Part shown: piece after piece, positions 25,474 to 39,404 of the stretch
How positions within the stretch are numbered: the first letter of the stretch is position 1
Layout: each line of letters starts with the position of its first letter
Assembly (NCBI GenBank): GCA_051362555.1
Contig: CM120644.1
Span: 17,816,534-17,880,533, forward strand
Direction: 5' to 3'
Length of the DNA stretch: 64,000 nucleotides
Origin: Lingula anatina
Taxonomy: Eukaryota > Animalia > Brachiopoda
Notes under the pieces: generated by a model
The model's database searches: none
What the model was told of the DNA's origin: nothing
The model's input: only the letters and a program-made list of their open reading frames with translations
Made by a program: the position numbers and the translations under genes

Positions 25474-28097
25474 CAAGAAGTTATAATGAGAAGGAGTAGA
25501 AACGGGACATCAATTATCTCTCTCGTCCAATCAGATCGCAGCATTCTTTTCAAAGCGGCGTCCTTTGAAATTCGATCCTCGTAACTGGTCTAATCCTCCG
25601 CTCGCCTCCGCGTGACTCAAGACGGAGAAGCTGAACCAGTGCGTATACGTCTTGATTTATTCATGTTTAATGCGAATATTTGGAAGTTATACTTAGAAAA
25701 ACGCCAAGTCGAGCGAAATAAAGGTGAGTGAGAGTTGATAATCTGCTTTGAGCATTGTTTTATGTTCATACGGTGGCTGTCAGTCAAATTTGTCAGAGCA
25801 GAAAGCAGCGTTAGCTCGAAGATCTGAGGCCGATTCAGCGGGACCTCCATGTTTAGGACTTTTTTCTTCTTAAGTGCGTGATGTATGCACATGATTTATG
25901 TTTTTCTGGTTAGTTAAGCACATGCATCATTACAATACATCACTTTGGTATTAAATGAATCAATCCTTTAGATGAAAAACATCGTTTCAAATAGACAACT
26001 TTTCATCGGAATTTTTCAAAATGGCGGGTCACAAGAGACAGTTGGGTGACAGTTTGGGACAATTTTTGGTAATTTTAACGTGATGTATGCATATAATTTA
26101 TGTTTTTCTGGTTAGTTAAGCACGTGCACCATTACAATACATCATTGTGATATTAAATGAGTCAATCCTTTAGATGAAAAACATCGTTTCAAATAGACAA
26201 CTTTTCATCCGACTTTTTCAAAATGGCGGGTCCCTAAATTGGTTAGAGACAGTTGGGTGACAGTTTGGGACAATTTTTGGTAATTTTAACGTGGTGTATG
26301 CAGATAATTTATGTTTTTCTGGTTAGTTAAGGACGTGCATCATTACAATACATCACTTTGGTATTAAATAAATCAACCCTTTAGATGAAAAACATCGTTT
26401 CAAATAGACAACTTTTCATCGGAATTTTTCAAAATGGCGGGTCACAAGAGACAGTTGGGTGACAGTTTGGGACAATTTTTGGTAATTTTAACGTGATGTA
26501 TGCATATAATTTATGTTTTTCTGGTTAGTTAAGCACGTGCACCATTACAATACATCATTGTGATATTAAATGAGTCAATCCTTTAGATGAAAAACATCGT
26601 TTCAAATAGACAACTTTTCATCCGACTTTTTCAAAATGGCGGGTCCCTAAATTGGTTAGAGACAGTTGGGTGACAGTTTGGGACAATTTTTGGTAATTTT
26701 AACGTGGTGTATGCAGATAATTTATGTTTTTCTGGTTAGTTAAGGACGTGCATCATTACAATACATCACTTTGGTATTAAATAAATCAACCCTTTAGATG
26801 AAAAACATCGTTTCAAACAAACAACTTTTCATGGGACTTTTTCAAAATGGTGGGTCCAAAATTTGATGACAGGGAACTCTCGGAATTTTTTTTCAATTTT
26901 TAATTGCAATATGATGTTTGCAGAGTTTCGTTTAGGATATAGAGTTATATTTTGTAATGAATTCCGAACTTACTCATTTCAGGTTGAAGAGAATGCAGGT
27001 GAAAGATCTTTAGTTTTGCTGGCAAAATGATTGTTTCCAGCAGCAACTTGATGAGGCACAAGGCTCTGTTTTCTTACCACCACTAATATTAAACTATAGT
27101 GCACAAGAGGTGCAAGTTTTAAAAGGGAATTTAGTGGTCCGAGTTTTAAAAGGGAATTTAGTGTTCACTGGCTAATTGTCTAAAGTTTAAAATAAAATAA
27201 TCACCACATCAAAATAAAAACTAACCATTTTTGTATTGCTTTAATCACTGTTGGGTGTAACAATATTGATATATTTTCTTGCTGGTACTTTGTTTTAGAT
27301 ATTATACAAGTTGCTCGAATGTTGAAATAAAGCAATATCAATCAATAAAAATATTTCTTTGATTTTTTCTTCTAATGAATTTAAACTATCAGTCTACTAT
27401 TAGTTGGCCTCATGTAATAGACAAAGATATAAACAAAAATATGTAATAATGAAATTTTATTAAGAATCGTACTAAGTGCAATAACTTATTTTCATTTCCC
27501 CAATTTTCCTGTTTAAGCTCTACCTGGTATATAAGCAATAATGTGCCAAAAAAAGAAACGAGGCTGGCATACGGAAATTGCAAGTACTACTGTTTTGTGT
27601 ACACGGCTGTGAATTGAATGTGTCATTCCTAGATGAAGGTAAATTTCCTTTACACGCCTTTACACGACAAAAATAATTTAAAATAAATATGAGACTTCTA
27701 CAGGCGCAAATTTTAGCGTTGAAGGTGGGTTTGTGAAATTGTTCTCATACATTCTTGATGTGAAACTAATTTTTGTATAACTGATCGGCTCTAGATCAAA
27801 TGAAGGTGCATCTCGCATGATTTGAGTTTTATTTCCCGAAATGGTTGCGTCCAGGCTTGAAATCTCTCTCTACACCTTTCTGTAATCCCACCATGTTTTC
27901 TCTGTGAGATTATTAGAGACTTCGCGAGGCTTTATCCCAATTGGCTGAAGCAACCCACATGGACGGTCTTTTGAATATGTATTAGGCACAAGCTCTCCCT
28001 AAGACCACAAGCTGGGTAATTATTAGGATTAAGCCCGTTACGAGGATAGGATGAAGGGAAACCCCTTGTTTCTACTCCTTCTCATTATAACTTCTTG
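25474..28097. mobile_element. 2624-bp non-autonomous TIR DNA transposon, probably P-element superfamily
   Basis: Perfect 30-bp TIRs (CAAGAAGTTATAATGAGAAGGAGTAGAAAC) and a 7-bp TSD ACTAGTT at 25467-25473 and 28098-28104. No transposase ORF seen. Confidence 0.85.
25878..26857. repeat. Tandem array of about 4.7 units alternating 202 and 211 bp (413-bp higher-order repeat)
   Basis: TTATGTTTTTCTGGTTAG recurs at 25896, 26098, 26309, 26511 and 26722. Confidence 0.92.
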
Positions 28098-28157
28098 ACT
28101 AGTTTGAGTACAAAGCACAATCTGTCCTTCCTATAATTGAGTTTGTTGCTACACTTA

Positions 28158-28372
28158 GGCTCTGTTCTCACAGCTTTTAGATCGATCTATCACCGCGGGG
28201 AGTCTCACTAGATTACTGTCAGATAATCCGCCTTAAGTGTCCGTCCCCGCCTACTACAAGCTATAAGGGGTAATTAACTTTCGTGTCCGCCCGGCTGACA
28301 GCTATTTAGCGTGAACCCCCAGGGAGTTAGGTCGATCCAATGTAGGTCGATCTAATCTATGAGAATGGGGTG
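28158..28372. mobile_element. PIF/Harbinger-type MITE
   Basis: Same family as 21224-21437; TTA on both flanks. Confidence 0.68.
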
Positions 28373-30504
28373 TTAGACAAAAACTACAACCTGCACCCGT
28401 ACCGTGGGTCCGTATATGGCTGATGCAGTCACTGGATGCCGAGAATGACGAAAATCTTTGCTACAAGCACCTAGCTAGTAAAGAGGACGCTATCATAAAT
28501 CCTTGGAAGTTGGAATCAAGAGTCAGATTCAGGCGCAAAATCACTATTTATATGGTCAAGGGCCATAATAATTATACAAGTAAGGAATAGTTCTGTTTCA
28601 TCATCCTATGTAAAGCAGTAATAGGTCTCTATTGCAGTGCCGCCGTATAAAAAAATCTATTTCTGCTATCTATTACTCTATAATTATAGACTATAGATTC
28701 TATTATTATATTATTCATTAATCTATTATAATTTTTATTTTAACGGGCTTATGAAAAAAATTCTCTTAAGGTTCCGTGGACCAAGGAGTTATAACCCCTT
28801 GCGTGGACTGAGAGTGCAATGTGAGTAAAGATATTCTGTAGAAGTATTTTTTCGCAAACAGAAAGAGCATTGTTTCCATTTTTTTCCTTCTTTCTTTTTT
28901 GTACTTGCAGGTCAATGCCGCATGTTGTCCACAGTACTTTTGCTAACAAAAGACTAGAAGGTTGTTGAATTTAAATCTTTTGCAACAATTACAGTAAAAA
29001 TGTTCGTATAAATGCCATGATTTGGTAGGTGACATAACAAATACTAGCCAAATACATGATAAATTAGCGGAATGATTGCGCAGGACGCATAAGCAAATTA
29101 CTTACTATTGTATTATCGGTTCATATATTGCATATCGATAAATCAAAATTAATCGTTAAAACTTAAAACCATTGATTAATTGTGTTAGGCGTATATGTAA
29201 ATCAATTCCCGAGGATGTTGGTTGAGAAAAACTGTGGCCTGCAGTCGTTCAAGGCCTACAGAAAATGCAAGTAAAGCGTGTTTATGTCGCCTGTTGTACT
29301 TATTTAGACGTTGATTGAAGGAAAAATGAAAGACATAAAGATGTATTACGAAAGAGGAAGACTCACCCCCCCCCCCCCAAAAAAAAAAAAAAAACGCATT
29401 TAAAGTGGCAGCCCCATCCTCATAACGCAGAAAATGGGTATGTGGACCTGCATTAAATAACGAAAATAAATCACGACATAAACAAATTGTTTCACCTGCG
29501 TAACTTAAAATGATTTATAAGGCGTGATTTACTGGAAACAATTTGGATTTCTGTGTACATACAAATGTTGCCATAGCTGCCACGGGATACTAGATTCATG
29601 ACATATTATGGCCATTCAAGAATGAAAAAAAACCAATAAAACAATGCAAAACTCCGTTCTTGCAAGGGAGTTATGTGATCCATTTTTTTTTTAGTTTCCC
29701 AATATGAATAAATTAAGCAACACCGTATTTCCATGCCCCGCCCCCTCCACATGGCTAGTTACAAGTACATTTATGTTGAATTGGAGATACTGGCGATTTC
29801 ATAACAATTGTTCACTGTATTTTTTTATCTAAGTAAACATTTTTCACAATGATCTATCTATGTGAAGTCCCATTCGCAGTGTGGTTATCAACGATATACA
29901 TTTACTTACCAAGCGTAAACTTCTTTCTAATAAAAAATGCACAGCCCTAATAAATGGTAATTCAGTTTTATTGGTAACAAATTGCTTGGCGGTATCCAAG
30001 AAAACATTGTTCCTCATTTGCAATAAACAGATCAATCTAATGGCAGATTACAATCTGGAAATCATTTTGGTGTATTGAACAACAAAGGATACCAATTATA
30101 AGTCCAATGTTTATCAAAATAAAATAACGACAAAAATAATTAAAGGCCTGATAAAAAAAATTCCCAAAATAACTTTGTACATAACAATTTTGATTAAGAA
30201 AGCAAATTTAGAATTACTGAAGAACAAGACGTACAATATAAAATTGGAACACCATGTATTTCCATGTAAAGCCATGATTCAACATCACTAAAAAGAAAAA
30301 AAGCCCAAATATCTAATGGTATCACATGTGTGAGCTTTTAATGGTTTGGATTTTTGGGCAGTTCATAGATGTTTGATTTTAAACGCCTGAGATGGTTAAT
30401 TAGATGGTCCATTTATAGTACTAAAATTATGAATCTAAAAAAAAGACATAAGGGCATTAAGATATCTTCAAAATACCTCTCCAAAACTGCGTTGAAATTG
30501 AAGT

Positions 30505-30927
30505 TTATAAATGTAAAAGAATCATAAAGCCACTTAAAAAGTAGCCGTTGTTCACCCAGCTATTCATATCAGCATTGTTCTCCAAAGGCTGTGCACGGTA
30601 TCCAACGGCAACACGTATTGACTTCAGCTGACAGCGGTAAAGATCACTTACTCCTTTCGGTTGCCGTTCAATGAAGAAAAAGTTACAGCGAATATTCTTC
30701 AAGCATTTAGAAGCACAATGTGGTCCACCCTTGGCATATAGTATGGGCAACACAACGGCACGTTCACAGCCGTGGAGCATGCGAAATCGAACCGATTGCC
30801 TTTTGGGTACTAAAACGTAGGAAAGTTAAACACAGAATTTACTAATGTATTTATGCTACTGTACAACTTTCTGTGTTTTAGAAAATTTCATAATTGCTTT
30901 TACAGGACCAGTGGTAAAGACTCGATG

Positions 30928-30978
<51 letters not shown>

Positions 30979-31730
30979 TCACAGCTTTGCTGAACGTCTG
31001 TTTTTTACAGGGTTTGTAATATTTGTGTTTCTGTAGATCATTCATTAGTTTGAGAGTCGGCTCTTACATTTGAAAAACTCTTCAAATTAAATCATGCCGC
31101 TATAATTTGCAATATATTCCTACAGCATAGGATTATAAACACGAGCAACCCTAAACTCTTTCAGCCAAATATACTTCCATATTCTTTTTTAAAAAAATGG
31201 AGACATTTAGTAGGTCCCAAACAACCTGTGTCCTAATGGAAATTCATGTTGAATGCTTTTGATAAAAATCGTACAGTAAACTCACTACTTGGTGCAGCAA
31301 TATCCCCTTCCACCCTCCCAGCCTTAAACTGTCTTACTTCAAGTATATGGACAGATGTTTTCCAGTAATGGTGGTTACTCATCATTAACTCCTGTCCGAT
31401 GACGCGACCTTTCCCAAACTGGATTTCTCTTTCCTCCCATTTGACCCAAAAAGGATTTGGAGAGATTGCAGTCAAGGAAGTTCGGCGTGTCAGCGCTCTG
31501 GTTTACCCTGATAGGGTTGGAAAGTTTGGTCTTGCTGTTTCCCCCTGTTCCGATCAACCAGTATCCGTCTGCGCAAATGTGCGTTGTGCTCCTGAGGACG
31601 ACCTCAAATACACGTACAGCGACTGGGGGACTTGCTTTTACGTCAAAACTAACTGAGAGCACGTCAATTAAGTCCGCTAAAGCGGTTGCATTAGGTACAT
31701 CAGTGTTCGTAATTATCCTTAAGGACGAAA
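30505..31730 (-). pseudogene. Methyltransf_FA-like + PAN/apple-like gene, paralog A; exons 31730-31286 and 30809-30505; +1 frameshift near 31450
   Basis: ADLIDVLSVSFDVKA...TPNFLDCNLSKSF/WVKWEEREIQFGKGRVIG, then HCASKCLKNIRCN...YRCQLK. Same phase-1 exon structure as paralog B. First exon not identified. Confidence 0.65.
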
Positions 31731-32496
31731 CTAAAAAGGTCAGATTTTGTGAAAAAAAGCACTACTCGATACCGATGAAACTGACGTAATACAATGTTTG
31801 AATTATAAGCTTACTCTATTGCAATGGATTTTGAATATTTACTATTTTTGTTCAATGCGCAATGTGAGCTTCATCATGTTCACCCAAACTTTCTGGTTTT
31901 ATTTTTGTCTGTTTTTTTTCTGTTTTTTCTGTTTCTGTGGCCCTTAAAATACGGACCACGAGGAGAAACCCATATTCAGCAACAGACAATTGTATAAATT
32001 TCAGATTCCTGTCTCCATATTCAACAACGGACCACAGTATAAACTTCATCTATAGTCCTGTCTTCAGTGGCTTTTAATTGAATATTCAGTGGTTTTGAAC
32101 TTTGAAGTACAAATCGTATATATCGGACAAAATTAGCCCCACTGTTTTCATGTTGAATTGAAAAAGCACTCCAACAATATATTTAAAGAAAGCACATGCC
32201 ATTTAGGAACAGAATATAAAGGCACACAACTTCCAGGCGATGTTTTCTGACATAATGTTTTCTGACCAAAGCGATATTCAAGAATAAGGGTTTTCTAGCT
32301 AACGAATATTTATTTACACGGAGTAAAGATACAATGTACGTGCTGTACCATCAATTTTATCACGTCATGATATTTAAATACACGTAATTGATTGGATGGA
32401 ATAAAAGGACGTGTAAGCAAATTTCTTCATTAATTTTCCAGATGGTGTAATACAATACAACACACTGGCCATGTTCGACCATCTTCTTAACACACA

Positions 32497-32534
<38 letters not shown>

Positions 32535-33059
32535 AGCAAGAAAACACATTTTCTGACAATAAACTGTTCATAGTGGCAAATTCGTTACGTTTACAAGTAA
32601 CAGAACCATCACATGTTACAACAATATCTAATCTAATTGGCATATGATGGTGACATTAACTAGATGCTTTTTAGTACCATGCAACGCGCCAACAGGATCT
32701 GGTATACATGTTACGGTATATCATTAAAATATTTTACACTTGGGGCCATGTTGTCGAACACAGTTCTGACTTCCACAAGTTCTATATCCATACTACCGGT
32801 AAGTTTTCATAAATTCATCTACAGTCCATTAAGCGAGAAAATAATCGAAGTATCCGTGTTCATAACTTTATATACATGATGGATGCTTACGGATGCGATA
32901 TACATAACATATTAACCATTCCTTATAATTATTTTTTATCATTGACTGATGTGTATTAATTGAACAAAGGTTGAATCTGCTTATTTTGAGTAGGTGAGGT
33001 CAGCCCCACGTGGCAATACGCCGTCATATAGTAGCGTTGTCAAGTCGGTATTGCTATAG

Positions 33060-36000
33060 TTAGTTGTACACCATTTCCCAGCGATCGACATGGAACGTAC
33101 TAGCTTGTGGACGGGCTGAACCAAAATACGTTGCCTTCAGCTGGCATCGGTAAAGACCTTTTTCGGGGATCTGATCAATGTTGTACGAGTTACAGCGCAG
33201 ATTGCTCAGACACTCATAAGCACAGTGTTCGTTCCCTTGTGTGGTAAGATCGGCCAGCATTTCAGCTATGGGGTCTACAAATGGAGGAAGCTTGCGGAAG
33301 AAGGCGTGTCTCCGTGCCTCTGAAACATTTAAAATACATTTAGTATAATGCTCCCAGATGGTTGTTCTCAACATATTTAGTGTTATTGTACACCTATGAG
33401 CGGTGTGTAGGTTGATATCTTGATATTTGAGTTACCCGAAAATACGAAGCTGGAGAACATGGGTTTGACTATGTCTGGGAACACATAAATCTTTCAAGGC
33501 AAACCAAAACAATGATACAATAACACATCTAGCGAAAGATAAATGTTATTTACCTTCCAAACGGAAGAAATGTGTTAGATAAGTGTAGCAAATTCAATAC
33601 ATTTAGCTCAGCTTTCATCTCATTAGATTCATCGTAGGTTTTACTGCCTGTATATATATACAAGTGGGAAAAAACATGGTTGCACACTGAAAAACAGCGT
33701 TTAGCTCCTAAACACAATTCTAAGCACCCGATTTGTCTCATTTTTTCAACGGGTTGAGTTGCTAAACACGTTTAGCTCCTAAGCATATTACACACGTTAA
33801 GCCTGAATATGTTTGGCAATGTATATGTCACAAGCTTGACCTTATCTAGTCCACTTCCTAAGTGGCCCAGACCATATCCCAATTAGGACCTGGCCCAGGC
33901 CACACCTTAATGGTGTCTTTGCATTGTTAACAGCATAATGGGCAAGTTAATTGGCCAAGCTGCCAGTTTGTTTATATGTGTTATAATATAGGGAATGTCT
34001 TAGATCAAGGAATACATTATGATACTTACAGGCGTGGCAAATAAGATATATTTGTATTTCATTACCTATGATTTGTAAAACACATCTGAGGATGATACTT
34101 TTAAAGATGTTTAATATTTAAAGAAAAGTCATGTAGATTGATTTAGTAACATTTACCAGAGAAATGTTAAATTAAAAGCGACCTGCCATTTGTTAGTGTG
34201 TTATTTTAATTATCTGGGTTTTATACAAATTGTAGGAAAAATTCTGCCCATTAATATTTTGTTAATCTTTTTTGAAAATATCTGCATTTTCTTAAGGATA
34301 AATTACAAAGAAAAGTGTGAATTTTATCAAAATAGCAAAACATTGCCCTATTTGCTGGCACATCTATTAAGTAAGCAGACAACTTGAAGGGGAACTTCTA
34401 TTGAGCAGTCAAGAAACTCTAAATTAAAGCACTTTACATTAATATGATGAAACATTGCTAGCTTTCCCTGCTACACCTTTGATTAAACATACCTATAATT
34501 TAATCAATCTATCTTGATATATCTCCATTATATTGTATGAAATATTAAATTTTTAATTTTAAAAAATGCTTTCCCTTTTTCTTTTCATGTTTTTTAACAG
34601 TTGAAGGGATAAAGATGGTACAAGCATTGAAATTAGGATGGCTGAAACATGTTGTGTCACACCGCTAATTAAGAATACCAGATTGTTTATTTACTCACGA
34701 TTTGACGGGGAGATATCCCATTCTCCGATTCCAGATACTTCTAAAACTTTTAGAACACTTGTAATATTATGATCTATGCTGTGCATCAGGATTGTTTCCT
34801 TTCCAATATCTCGACCCTTTCCTAACTGGAGGTAACCTCCATCCCAACTTATCCAGAACGCCCTAAATGATCTGCAATCAAGAATATTTGGCGTTTGTAC
34901 ATATCGAAGTTCTGGTCTGAACCTGCCATTATGCCGGCGTACTTCACTGAAATTTTCCCCAACTGTACACCGGTATGCGATCACACTTTCAAAAGAGCTG
35001 CTGACGTCACACAGAAGAAGGTGGATTGTCTCACATGTTTTCACGTCGAATGTAACTGACGTTACACCAGTTAAATCCGCTATGCCAATGCGAAAATATG
35101 AGTTGCCCAAGGTAAATTTTACGGTAGAAACTGGAAATATAAACAAAAATAGTTTTTATATATAATCTTTTCAGGTAGTAATACTGTCTTCAAATAACAG
35201 TGGGTTAAGTTCAGAAAGAATTTAACTGTAAACTGTTTTTTAATGATTATCTGGGCCAGATCCCAATTGGCTCTTAGCATTGTTGGCAGCATAATTGGCC
35301 AAGTAATTTACAAGTAATTTAGGTGAGCTGCCAGTTTGATTGTATGGCATGTGCAATTAAATTGCGGATATAAAAGATCAAGGTAAAGCATAGTAAATTT
35401 ACAGGTCTGGCAAATGAATTTTATATTTAAGACATCTAATGATGATGTATTTTAAAGATTATCGCAAAAATTGTAAAGAAAAAGCATTTGTATGGATTAA
35501 AACATATAGTAAAGGAATTATTTATTCAAGTTGCCAGTTTGTTTGTACACCCTACTGTACATTATCTAAGTTGTCTAGGTTTTGTACAGATTTTAGGAAA
35601 AAGCCTGGCCATGAATATTTTGTACAGCTTTTAGAATATCTGCATTTTTTAAGATTATATTACATGTACAAAGAAAAGTGGAAATAGTCCACCAACTAAG
35701 AGCTAAACTCTGTAATATTTGCAGGCATATCAATTTACCAATCAGGAGTAGCTCTATGTAGATGATCAGCTAAAAAACTCATTGCACCCAGTAATAAATA
35801 TTCTGAATTGACCAACGTCACGTGTGTGGGATTAAACTATTCTTTTTGGTATTATATGAAACAAAAAAAATAATAATTTAAATATAATGTCAAGTAATAC
35901 TAATTTATTCCAGATCCTATATTAAAATGTATGAAGTTCTAAAAAAACATTAATCAATATTCCTCACTATTATTTATATTTTTCACCTGAATAAAATTCA

Positions 36001-36406
36001 CTCTTCTGTTATTGAAACGGCCAGTAATATAGGGAAGTTGGAATTGTTTTCTTGAAATATATACTTATACAAGTGAAACGGTGATAACTTTCCGTGCCAC
36101 ACCTTTATTTAAATTAGCATTCCTATATAGTAATGCTTTAACCGATCTGAATGCCTTTTTTCTCCAAATATTTATGCAATAATCTTTTTAAAAAGTACCA
36201 TAATTAGATGTTTTTTACAAACCACATTAAATGAATACACTGTACTAGTAGATTTCATTTTCCAGACTTAAGTTTAATATGATATACCTTGATTTATAAC
36301 ATCCACAATTTTATTACACATGACATACACACAAACTGGCAGCTCACTTGTAAATTACTTGCTCATTACGTTGTTAACAGTGTAAAGACCCAATCTGGCT
36401 TGTGCC

Positions 36407-36450
<44 letters not shown>

Positions 36451-36524
36451 ATATATATACATATATATAGGTACATACCTCTTGGTAAACATAAAGCGAT
36501 CAACACTGCTTTCAAACAAATCAT
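33060..36524 (-). CDS. Probably secreted Methyltransf_FA-like + PAN/apple-like protein, paralog B; exons 36524-36479, 35130-34699, 33319-33060
   Basis: Signal-like MICLKAVLIALCLPR|gtatgt (tentative); SVTFDVKTC...TPNILDCRSFRAFWISWDGGYLQLGKG; HCAYECLSNLRCNSYN...CQL. All introns phase 1. Confidence 0.78.
33860..35720. repeat. Two diverged copies of a ~500-bp repeat (about 33860-34385 and 35250-35720) in consecutive introns of paralog B
   Basis: Shared blocks cagcataat..gcaagt, agctgccagtttg, gatcaagg, tacagg..tggcaaat, aatatctgcatttt, tacaaagaaaagtg. Confidence 0.55.
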
Positions 36525-39404
36525 CTCGTGTTTAGGAAGTATAATAATTCAGCTTCAAATGAAATTCTACAGACGAACAAATACTGTGCTCAGGTTGAAC
36601 GAACGCTTAAAATGAAGAAAGTTGGAGATTCTAGCTTCATTTAAACCAATGTTATAAATTTTGAGGGCATGTTTGGGCAGCTGCAGATTGTATCTCTATG
36701 ACAACTCCAATAACACTTTATTCATTTTTCATGCTGGTAATTGACAACTATATATAATTCTAGCTTTAGGTGCTTATTTCCCTTTGTTTTTCCTATATGT
36801 ATAGATGATTAATATGACATGCTGTAGGTAACCGACAAACATTCTCACCATTAAATGGGCGTTCTTTGTGGTCACATTGTCGTTTAAGTGATCATTATAC
36901 CAAGTGCTTGGCATGGTTTTCAAAAGTTTTAAAATGATTTTTGTTTGTTTTTATTCATCACAGGGTATGTAGTGTGTTTTGCATGGTTTTTATCGAATTC
37001 AGGAAAGGGTAAAGAATACAACTTACTAACATGAAGATGGGTAAGGCATTTTAAGGCTATGAGACCATACCCAGGGTGACAGATTGATTTTCCACAGATA
37101 TCTACAGCTATGTCTATCGATAAATAGACAGTCATTTTGGCTCTTAGCAAAAAATGTCCACAATAATAACTGCGGCCCTGGTAGAAGGTAATGAGACCAT
37201 AAGGACCTTGCCTCGCTTTGATGTCAACCTGTCAGACTGCAGCATATTTTGAACTTCCTTTATATTGTGCATGCGTGTGAGTTTCTAAAATCCCTTCTTA
37301 TCTTTCTCTCACCCAATTTTATTTAGCAGTATGCCTATTTTAAATTGCGCTGTGTTGTCACCACTTTTATATTTCATTTTCACGCATTTATCATTTTACA
37401 CATTGCAGAAGGGATAAGCTTTTTTGGTAGGGGAATATATACTGCTCCAAAACAGCTACACTATAGCTAATAAGTCCCCGGTCACTTTAATAGCACACGC
37501 TGTCTACATCAGACGCGCTAATGCGCACGTCCCCGACAGAGTTAATGATAGGGGGATTACGATGGACAGCGCATGTTGCTCACAGCAGTAGGCACTGCCG
37601 CCGAAGTTAAACCGGTCATTAAGTCTTTAACTTGACTAAACATGTTTTGCTTTGTAACTTGCGTCCTTCAGTCTTGCTGTTGCGGAAGCGCCGGCGGGAC
37701 ATATCTCCACCTTGCCGATATTTATCCCGACTCTCGACTTTAAAAGTATTATTGGTTTTGATTTTATCAAAGTCTTATTATATCAGAAAACCTGCATATT
37801 TTCATACGTTAAGAGAATTATAGAAACTGTAGAAAAAGCTACTCGTACATCAGGGATAAAAAACAACACCTTGCAGCACTATTACCTATTATTCATCACC
37901 AGAAGTTACTGTTTCACTTTTTTCTCCCAAATTACAAAGTCTGATGACAACTGAAAGCCTTTAGCCATACCTCAGGGCAGTGGGAGATAGTCTGGATTTG
38001 ATTAAATGTAATAAAAGTATATTTTGAAGAATTTTCCTAGCCTTCGGCAATTTCCGCAAAGCTTCGGCATGCGCGGCAATACAGAGCTGTCGATATCTAC
38101 GAGCGTGAACAATAGAACTGGTGGAACAACGGTTAACGTCGTTGACTACTCTGCAACCTATCCAACGGGAGTTCGTGTCCCTGTCGGTACTTTTGAAGAT
38201 TTTGAAATTGTCATTATTAAAAAATATCTATTAATATATAAAACAGTCGTGGCTAATTGTATTTGCAACGGAAAGCACAGGAGGGAGGTTTGTTGTTATT
38301 GTTAAAGTTATTATTACTGGGGACATAAATTAGTATGCTAATCTCTTATCATGGTATAATGATTGATACGATGGGTATCAAATAGTTTTCCTTTGATATA
38401 AACAACAAAAGAGCGGCCTTCCAAATATCTTTGCTGAATGTTTATAACGTAGGTACTATTATGCGCAAAAATATTGATACATGACGCAAACGACATTTAC
38501 TAATTTTGGTAATATCAATTTTAATTAAAATTAAATTTAATTGAAATTAAAATTAAAATTTGTCTAAACGTGCATATTACCATTCACCTTGTTTAAAGGG
38601 TTCGCAACACTTTACATTCTAATACATCTTGCCAATTTTCATGTTTGCTAGTTTATTTTGATTTGAGAGAAAGCGAGAGAAGACCCTCTACTAGGGCCGC
38701 AAATTAATTATGAGTATTTTTCTTCAGTGCAAGAGACTGTGTAATGAAAAATCAATCTGTAACTCTGGTATAGGGTGGCCTTGTGTATGTAATAATATAC
38801 AAGTAGGGGCAGGGGTACAGTTTTATAGTACAAATAGTCATTTTATACATCTTATTAATCTCATCGTCGGGTCATTGTTTACAATAGCGCTTTGTCGCTG
38901 TGCGTACCTTTTTGCATTTGAGTTAGACTCAGTCAGTAACAGCTGGTGATTTTGTCTTTTTTGCGTTTCATTGACAATATTTTGGCCACCTAAGTAGGGA
39001 AATGTGGCTCTTTGTTTTGAAATGACATTTCCATTGTTCCTTTGAACACGCAAAAGTCAACACACTTACGTCAACATACTTACTTTGTAATAACAACCCA
39101 GGGGAAGAAACAAAAGCCTCATAAGGTGTCGTCATTCACACTGCAAAAGGTGTTAATTTCATGCTTCTATTGTTTGCCCATGAATCATTATGACAAATTT
39201 GTAGGGTTGCCAGATCACTGGCGCTTCATTCAATTCTCTATATCTGCCCTGCAGCCTGGGATGAGTGATACTTGACTGACCTTTGTTTACATCTGGAGAT
39301 TTTCTTTATAATTCGATCAGTGTGCATAAATTATGATATTTTCCATCGGGAAAAATACGTGATAATGTTACGATTCTTATTTTACGGATACATAATTACA
39401 AAAA

